Source: Chthoniobacterales bacterium (lineage in GTDB: Bacteria; Verrucomicrobiota; Verrucomicrobiia; Chthoniobacterales; UBA6821). From it: 64,000 bases of DNA. The notes under the pieces were generated by a model. That model was not told the origin of the DNA. It was given only the letters and a program-made list of their open reading frames with translations, and did no database searches. Positions 57,101 through 64,000 of the stretch are shown one piece after another (position 1 is the first letter of the stretch; each line of letters opens with the position of its first letter). The stretch is from assembly GCA_036824855.1 (NCBI GenBank), contig DAISZK010000003.1:5933-69932 (forward strand). Direction: 5' to 3'. The position numbers and the translations under genes were made by a program.

Positions 57101-57565
57101 TCAGCAGCATCCAGTGCCACTGCAGCATGACGAATCGTTGTCATCCTTGGCGGGGGGGAGGCAGATCTCCTTGGCGAGGCAGTCGGTGTGTTTCACCCCC
57201 AGCCCAATGATCAGTTTATTGAGATCGCTCACGATGCTCACGACAGGGAACTGGGAGATGACTCCCTCCTCGTACTCCAACTCCACATCGAGATCGTCAT
57301 CTCCGAGAATGGGAGCGGCACGATCGATGATATCAACAAGCTTTCCGGCTGGCAGTCGGTGATCAGTATCCTCAGCCACCCAGGACTGAAGGCACAGGTA
57401 TGAGACTTTCCTAATCGTCGCGCCGCAATCGAGGAAGGTCTTGTCGACCCGGCCCACCTCGGTGATGTGGGCGTGCAGCGGAATCATGCCCCCATCAGGC
57501 AGGATGAACTGGAGATAGTGTTCGGAATGTTCCGTCAGGAAACGTTTGAATTCGGATGTTTTCAT
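57101..57565 (-). CDS. Uncharacterised ars-operon protein with C-terminal vicinal-cysteine tail (recalls the DUF6428 family)
   Basis: 154-aa ORF between arsR and arsC that ends …DDNDSSCCSGTGCC. The family name is from memory only and has not been verified. Confidence 0.55.
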   Translation of the reverse strand: MKTSEFKRFLTEHSEHYLQFILPDGGMIPLHAHITEVGRVDKTFLDCGATIRKVSYLCLQSWVAEDTDHRLPAGKLVDIIDRAAPILGDDDLDVELEYEEGVISQFPVVSIVSDLNKLIIGLGVKHTDCLAKEICLPPAKDDNDSSCCSGTGCC

Positions 57566-57630
57566 GGATGTTTCGGGTTCTTGGAAGGTCTTTAGAAAGT
57601 TTTGGGAATGGCTGGGAAACGGCTCGGGAA

Positions 57631-57957
57631 TCAGCAGGCACAGCGCAGTTTGGTCTCCTGCGTCTTGGAAATGAGATCGATGCAGCGGAAGAACTCGGCG
57701 AAGCAGGGGCAGGCGATCTGGTAATAGACATTCAGACCTCGCTTCTCACAGACAAGCAGGCCGGCCCGCTTCATCACTGCTAGGTGCTTGGAAAGTGTGG
57801 TGACATCGCATCCTGCCATTTCCGTGAGCTCACTCACGCAGTGTTCCCCGTGCATCAGACTCTCCATGATCAGGAGGCGCGAAGGATGAGCCATCGCCTT
57901 CACGATGGAAGCACGGGCCGCCGCATTGGATTTAAGTTTCTGAAGTTTGGGAGGCAT
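57631..57957 (-). CDS. arsR: ArsR/SmtB-family metalloregulator
   Basis: 108-aa ORF with the HTH core LIMESLMHGEHCVSELTEMAGCDVTTLSKHLAVMKRAGLLVCEKRGLNVYY. Extra Cys residues lie near the C-terminus (ACPCFAEFFRC…LRCAC). Confidence 0.85.
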   Translation of the reverse strand: MPPKLQKLKSNAAARASIVKAMAHPSRLLIMESLMHGEHCVSELTEMAGCDVTTLSKHLAVMKRAGLLVCEKRGLNVYYQIACPCFAEFFRCIDLISKTQETKLRCAC

Positions 57958-58036
57958 CTATTTGGCAAATATGCCAAATAGAAATACCAAGTCAAATTAA
58001 GTCAACGTTCTAGAATTGAAGTTGGCCATGGTGGGC

Positions 58037-59830
58037 CTAGCTTTCCTCCGCGTTCTCAGCGTCTCTGCGCGAGATATCGTTTCTGCTCTCACCAAAGACC
58101 CCGTGATGGGCTTCCGCTTCCTTGCAGAGGGAAGCGTAGAGACCATTTTCGGCCAGGAGTGACGCGTGGTTCCCTCGCTCCACGATGCGTCCTCGCTCCA
58201 TGACAAGGATCTGATTGGCATGGCGTACGGTGGAGAGTCGGTGGGCGATCACGAAGCTGGTGCGACCCTCTAGCAGATGGGCGAGCGCCTCCTGGATCAG
58301 ACGCTCGGTCGTGTTGTCGACGCTGGCGGTGGCCTCGTCGAGGACAAGGATCGGAGGATTCTTCAGCAGGGCCCGTGCGATGGAGAGGCGCTGCTTCTCG
58401 CCGACACTGAGCTTCACCCCGCGTTCCCCGAGTTGAGTATGCAGCCCTTTCGGAAGACGACGGATGAAGGCTTCGGCATTTGCGGCGGCCAAGGCTCTCC
58501 ACATTTCCTCCTCGGTGGCATCCGGCTTGGCGATGAGGAGATTGTCGGCTGTGGTTCCGTTAAAGAGGAAGCTCTCCTGCGTCACCATGGCGACCGAGCG
58601 GCGGAGTTCGCTCAGAGGAATCGAACGAATCGGACGGCCATCGAGCAGGATCTCGCCGGAGGTCAGCTCGTAGAAGCGGCTCAGGAGATGGATGAGCGAG
58701 GTCTTGCCAGCGCCAGTAGGTCCGACCAAGGCGATCATCTCGCCTGGTTTGGCATGAAGGGAGATATCATGGAGCACGGCGGTTCCGGCCTGATACTCGA
58801 ATCCCACATGCTCGTAGCGGACATCGCCCTTCAGGGCTATTTCCCCGGAGCTGGGGGCCGGATTCTGCCAGCCATCTTCGAGCGAGGCATCGAGAATGGA
58901 GAAGACGCGCTCGCTGGCGGCTCTTCCTGACTGCAGGAGTTGGTTGAGGGAGTGGAGTCGTCCTACGGGTTCGTAGAGATAGCGGGCAAGCAGGAGGAAG
59001 GCGACCAGGACACTGAGCTCCATCGTTCCATGGAGGACCTGCATTCCGCCCACAGCCAGGATCACGACCATCCCGAGATTCCCAAGGAAGTTCATCGTCG
59101 GGCTGTAGATCGCCCAGTAGCGCATCACGATCAGGGAAGCTTTGCGGAGGGCATCGCTCGAGGCGTTGAAGCGGGCGTGTTCCCGCTCCTCCGTGGCATA
59201 GGTCTTGATCTGGCGGATGCCATCCAGGTTGTCGTGCAGCAGGGAGTTGAGCGCCGAGGTCGCCTTGCGGGTGGCCCGGTAGCGCTTGCCGGCGGTCAGC
59301 GTGTAGAAGAGAGCGCCGATAGCCAGAAAGGGGACCGGGGTCAACGCGGCCAGCATCAGGCGCCCGCTGTAATGGGCCATCAGGGCCAGAACGATTCCGA
59401 TTTGCAGGAGCGCCACCGTTCCCTGCTCGATGCCGTCGATCAGGACGCGCTCCACATTGGTCACATCCTCGACAAGACGCGTCATGATGTCCCCTGTCGC
59501 GCGATTATCGAACCACGGGAGCGGCAACATCTGGATCCGTGCGTAGAGATCGCTCCGGAGGTCAAAGATCACTCGCTGCTCGAAATGATTGTTGAGAAGG
59601 ATACGGAGACAGTTCAGCAGATCCTGGGCGAAGAAGGCGGCGAGGCCCGTCACGATCAGGGGAATCAGCTTTTCGGGATGATGCTGCTTGAGGACAACCT
59701 CAATGACCTGCTGGGTGACCGCGGGGAAGACCGCCACCATCAGCGTCCCGACGATCGCACAGAACATCGTGGCCACAGCCATCCAAGGATAGCGGGCGGT
59801 GTAACCAAAGACCCGGAACAAAATTCGCAT
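58037..59830 (-). CDS. ABC exporter, fused permease/ATPase (MsbA/ABCB-like)
   Basis: 597-aa ORF with six N-terminal TMs, Walker A GPTGAGKTS, signature LSVGEKQRLSIARAL and Walker B ILVLDEATASVD. The last ~15 codons run into repeat copy C. Confidence 0.88.
   Translation of the reverse strand: MRILFRVFGYTARYPWMAVATMFCAIVGTLMVAVFPAVTQQVIEVVLKQHHPEKLIPLIVTGLAAFFAQDLLNCLRILLNNHFEQRVIFDLRSDLYARIQMLPLPWFDNRATGDIMTRLVEDVTNVERVLIDGIEQGTVALLQIGIVLALMAHYSGRLMLAALTPVPFLAIGALFYTLTAGKRYRATRKATSALNSLLHDNLDGIRQIKTYATEEREHARFNASSDALRKASLIVMRYWAIYSPTMNFLGNLGMVVILAVGGMQVLHGTMELSVLVAFLLLARYLYEPVGRLHSLNQLLQSGRAASERVFSILDASLEDGWQNPAPSSGEIALKGDVRYEHVGFEYQAGTAVLHDISLHAKPGEMIALVGPTGAGKTSLIHLLSRFYELTSGEILLDGRPIRSIPLSELRRSVAMVTQESFLFNGTTADNLLIAKPDATEEEMWRALAAANAEAFIRRLPKGLHTQLGERGVKLSVGEKQRLSIARALLKNPPILVLDEATASVDNTTERLIQEALAHLLEGRTSFVIAHRLSTVRHANQILVMERGRIVERGNHASLLAENGLYASLCKEAEAHHGVFGESRNDISRRDAENAEES
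58044..58074 (-). repeat. Short GC-rich dispersed repeat, copy C (inside the 3' end of the ABC exporter ORF)
   Basis: The minus strand reads ATCTCGCGCAGAGACGCTGAGAACGCGGAGG. It shares the TCTCGCGC-RGAGACGC…CGC-RGAG blocks with copies A and B. Confidence 0.55.
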
Positions 59831-59877
59831 GCGGATTTATACCAGAGAGGGCAACATCTGGGTGCGGGTATTCAGAA

Positions 59878-59940
59878 CCTGGTCAAAAAGAGCCAAAAAT
59901 CCAATTTGGCTAAAAAGAGGTCAAAAATCGCCAATTGTTC
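59878..59940. promoter_or_regulatory. Candidate upstream activator site (repeat cluster) for the amt sigma-54 promoter
   Basis: The inverted repeat GCCAAA (59892-59897) / TTTGGC (59905-59910) is flanked by direct GGTCAAAAA at 59881 and 59919. The cluster lies about 175 bp upstream of the -24 element. Confidence 0.3.
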
Positions 59941-60076
59941 ACCTGAGGCTCTTTTATCTCTCTGATGGCGAAGGGATTTTTAGTTTGGGCAAGGCGTGCG
60001 AGGGAAGCCGTATCTCTATCATACGGCGACTGAGTGGCAACGCCGTCCAAACTGAAAAGAACAAGTCAGCAAAAGT

Positions 60077-60092
60077 TGGCACGGGGGTTGCT
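60077..60092 (+). promoter_or_regulatory. Sigma-54 (-24/-12) promoter upstream of amt
   Basis: TGGCAC (60077-60082) GGGGG TTGC (60088-60091) T matches the consensus TGGCAC-N5-TTGCW exactly. It lies about 50 nt upstream of the amt ATG at 60143. Confidence 0.8.
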
Positions 60093-60142
60093 TTCCCTCC
60101 TTTACCGCTCCTTAACGGGCGCCACAAAACAACACCAACCCA

Positions 60143-62100
<1,958 letters not shown>

Positions 62101-62140
62101 TTTGGCTGCTTAAACAAGCGATCCAAACTCAATACGAAAA

Positions 62141-62169
62141 GGCGGGGTCTTTGGACCCCGCCTTTTTTT
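62141..62169 (+). terminator. Rho-independent terminator after the first P-II gene
   Basis: GGCGGGGTC (62141-62149) pairs with GACCCCGCC (62154-62162) around a TTTG loop, followed by TTTTTTT (62163-62169). Confidence 0.88.
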
Positions 62170-62213
62170 GTGTCCAAGGAGGCACCAATAAGCGCAGGTA
62201 TTGACGATGGTGA

Positions 62214-62615
<402 letters not shown>

Positions 62616-62655
62616 ATAACGAGAGGCTTTTTAGAGGCCTCTTCTCACGCTGACT

Positions 62656-64000
62656 TCAGGCGCTTGCCAGAAGATCGAGAGTCAATCCCTCGTGGGAGAG
62701 AGTTGTCGTCTTGCCAGCATCGTAGCAGACACCTGCATCATGGGTTTTGTTCACTACTGTTAGCCTCTGAAGCTTCTGCCCATGTTTCACTGGCAAGGTC
62801 TGGTAGTGCCAGGTGCCGTGGGAGTCCCTCTCCTGATCCTGGAAATGAATCTCCAAGGGGAAATGCGGTGCAATTTGCGGATGGAGGCATGTGGGAAGGG
62901 CCAAAGTCCGGAAGCGGACCGCCCCCACAACGCCTCCATCTGGGTGTGGCACTAGCGGCAAGGACAATCCATTGATGAAGACGCAAAATCTTTTGATTTC
63001 TCCCGAGAGATGGATTTCAAGTCGTTCCGTGGAGGAGTCGACACAGCGGACGAGACCTCCTGAGGGAGCTGGCTGTTCTCCAAGAAGCGGCCACGGTTCT
63101 GCGGCTCTCCTGACACTCCAGCTCGTTTCGTGGAAGTTCTCCTCGGCAAGGATCGGGAAGCGGAAATCTAAATGAGGGCGGAACATGGCCATCTCGAAGC
63201 CGAATCCATGGCGCTTCAGGTGCTGGAGTACCTCTTTGAGGTTCTCCTCCAGCATCGAGGGGAGAAGGAAGTGATCATGCAATTTTCCCCGCCAGTCGAT
63301 CAATGGCTCGGTGTAGGGAACTGCTGCAAACGTGGCCGCGAGAGCACGCCAGAGAGCATGAATGGCGAGGAAGGAAGGAGCATCAGGACTCATCTCGATG
63401 GATCGAAACTCGACGAGGCCCAGCTGACCGTTCGGCATGAAGGGATTGAAAAACTTGTCGATGCTGACCTCTGCCTTGTGGGTATTGCCATGAAGATCGA
63501 GCAGAAGATTTCGGAGGGTGGCATCGATCAGCGCCGGGTTGGCGGGAGCATCCATCTGCTCGATCGATCGGAGAGCTCGTTCCAGCTCCCGGGGAATTTC
63601 AAAGAAACTCTCATCGATCCGCGGAGCCTGGGAGGATGGGCCCATGAAGCGGCCACTGAAGAGATAGGAGAGCGAGGGGTGACGCTGGATGAATCGCAGA
63701 AAGCTGGAAAGCATTGCCGGCTTCAGGAGGAATGGGTTGCTCTCCAAAGATTCACCGCCAAGAACCAAATGGCCTCCCCCTCCTGTGGGAACGACTTCTC
63801 CCGAGGGAAGGAGACGCGTCCCCTTGAGGCCTACTTTTTCAGCGGCGGCAGAAAGGGCCGTGATCGTGGACTCTAGGGATTCCCAATCCGCAGCGGGTGG
63901 CAGATTGACCTCGATGACACCCGGATCGGGAATAACGGAGAGACTTTCCCATCCCTCCTCATGGGGGGGAGGGTATCCCTCCAGCGTCAGGGCGGGTGAT
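62656..64000 (-). CDS. Transglutaminase-associated large protein, C-terminal part (DUF2126/COG4196-like); 5' end off the window
   Basis: The reading frame stays open from the track start (TTG at 63768) to the window edge; I translated 63769-64000 and found no stop (…SVIPDPGVIEVNLPPAADWESLESTITALSAAAEKVGLKGTRLLPSGEVVPTGGGGHLVLGG…). The family assignment is from memory of this conserved block. Confidence 0.6.
   Translation of the reverse strand, partial: SPALTLEGYPPPHEEGWESLSVIPDPGVIEVNLPPAADWESLESTITALSAAAEKVGLKGTRLLPSGEVVPTGGGGHLVLGGESLESNPFLLKPAMLSSFLRFIQRHPSLSYLFSGRFMGPSSQAPRIDESFFEIPRELERALRSIEQMDAPANPALIDATLRNLLLDLHGNTHKAEVSIDKFFNPFMPNGQLGLVEFRSIEMSPDAPSFLAIHALWRALAATFAAVPYTEPLIDWRGKLHDHFLLPSMLEENLKEVLQHLKRHGFGFEMAMFRPHLDFRFPILAEENFHETSWSVRRAAEPWPLLGEQPAPSGGLVRCVDSSTERLEIHLSGEIKRFCVFINGLSLPLVPHPDGGVVGAVRFRTLALPTCLHPQIAPHFPLEIHFQDQERDSHGTWHYQTLPVKHGQKLQRLTVVNKTHDAGVCYDAGKTTTLSHEGLTLDLLASA

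Noticed and set aside
58940-59965. 341-aa plus-strand ORF opposite the MsbA-like exporter.
   Set aside because: It is antisense to a gene with full ABC motifs and has no recognisable domain, so it is a shadow ORF.
63172-63876. 234-aa plus-strand ORF opposite the DUF2126-like gene.
   Set aside because: It is an antisense shadow, and the minus-strand frame is open all the way to the window edge.

Overview
Gene-dense 64-kb chromosomal window with about 60 CDS and 1 tRNA. GC is roughly 55-60% by eye, apart from one AT-rich gene. The source is probably a Verrucomicrobiota/PVC-type bacterium; this is an inference from the pilin-like FTLIELLVV N-termini and the overall gene content, with no search run. 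Most genes are housekeeping: livF, yajC-secDF, a PfkB kinase, glgB, ilvB, priA, an AsmA-like protein, pgeF, pheA, tolB-pal, a degT-like aminotransferase, pfkA, a phoB/phoR-like two-component pair, dusB, an lptF/G-type permease, dinG, hldD, yajQ, DAHP synthase, tRNA-Leu, rplU-rpmA, purN, hisF, trhO, dxs-xseB, a sigma-54 activator, rpsU, an MsbA-like ABC exporter, and amt followed by two P-II genes. The last gene, a transglutaminase/DUF2126-type ORF, runs off the right edge. I saw no CRISPR array, transposase, integrase or prophage genes. The parts worth a second look are listed here. (1) A same-strand block at 51323-57957 holds an ars operon that uses an aquaporin instead of ArsB/Acr3 and carries a Cys-tailed unknown protein, followed by a 1223-aa TerB-like/FHA-like/ABCG-type transporter coupled to an HTH-MBL hydrolase. 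(2) A tandem pair of pilin-like genes differs at about 39 synonymous codons but only 3 amino acids. (3) An orphan intrinsic terminator sits upstream of the two-component operon. (4) A tRNA-Leu hand-folds with anticodon AAG. (5) A textbook sigma-54 promoter precedes amt. (6) A short GC-rich repeat is found at three gene 3' ends. (7) A 7-TM protein has rhodopsin-like helix C and G motifs but no Schiff-base lysine. (8) An AT-rich NHL-repeat surface protein carries a near-perfect 159-bp internal tandem duplication. All function calls come from motif recognition by eye and none is backed by a database search.
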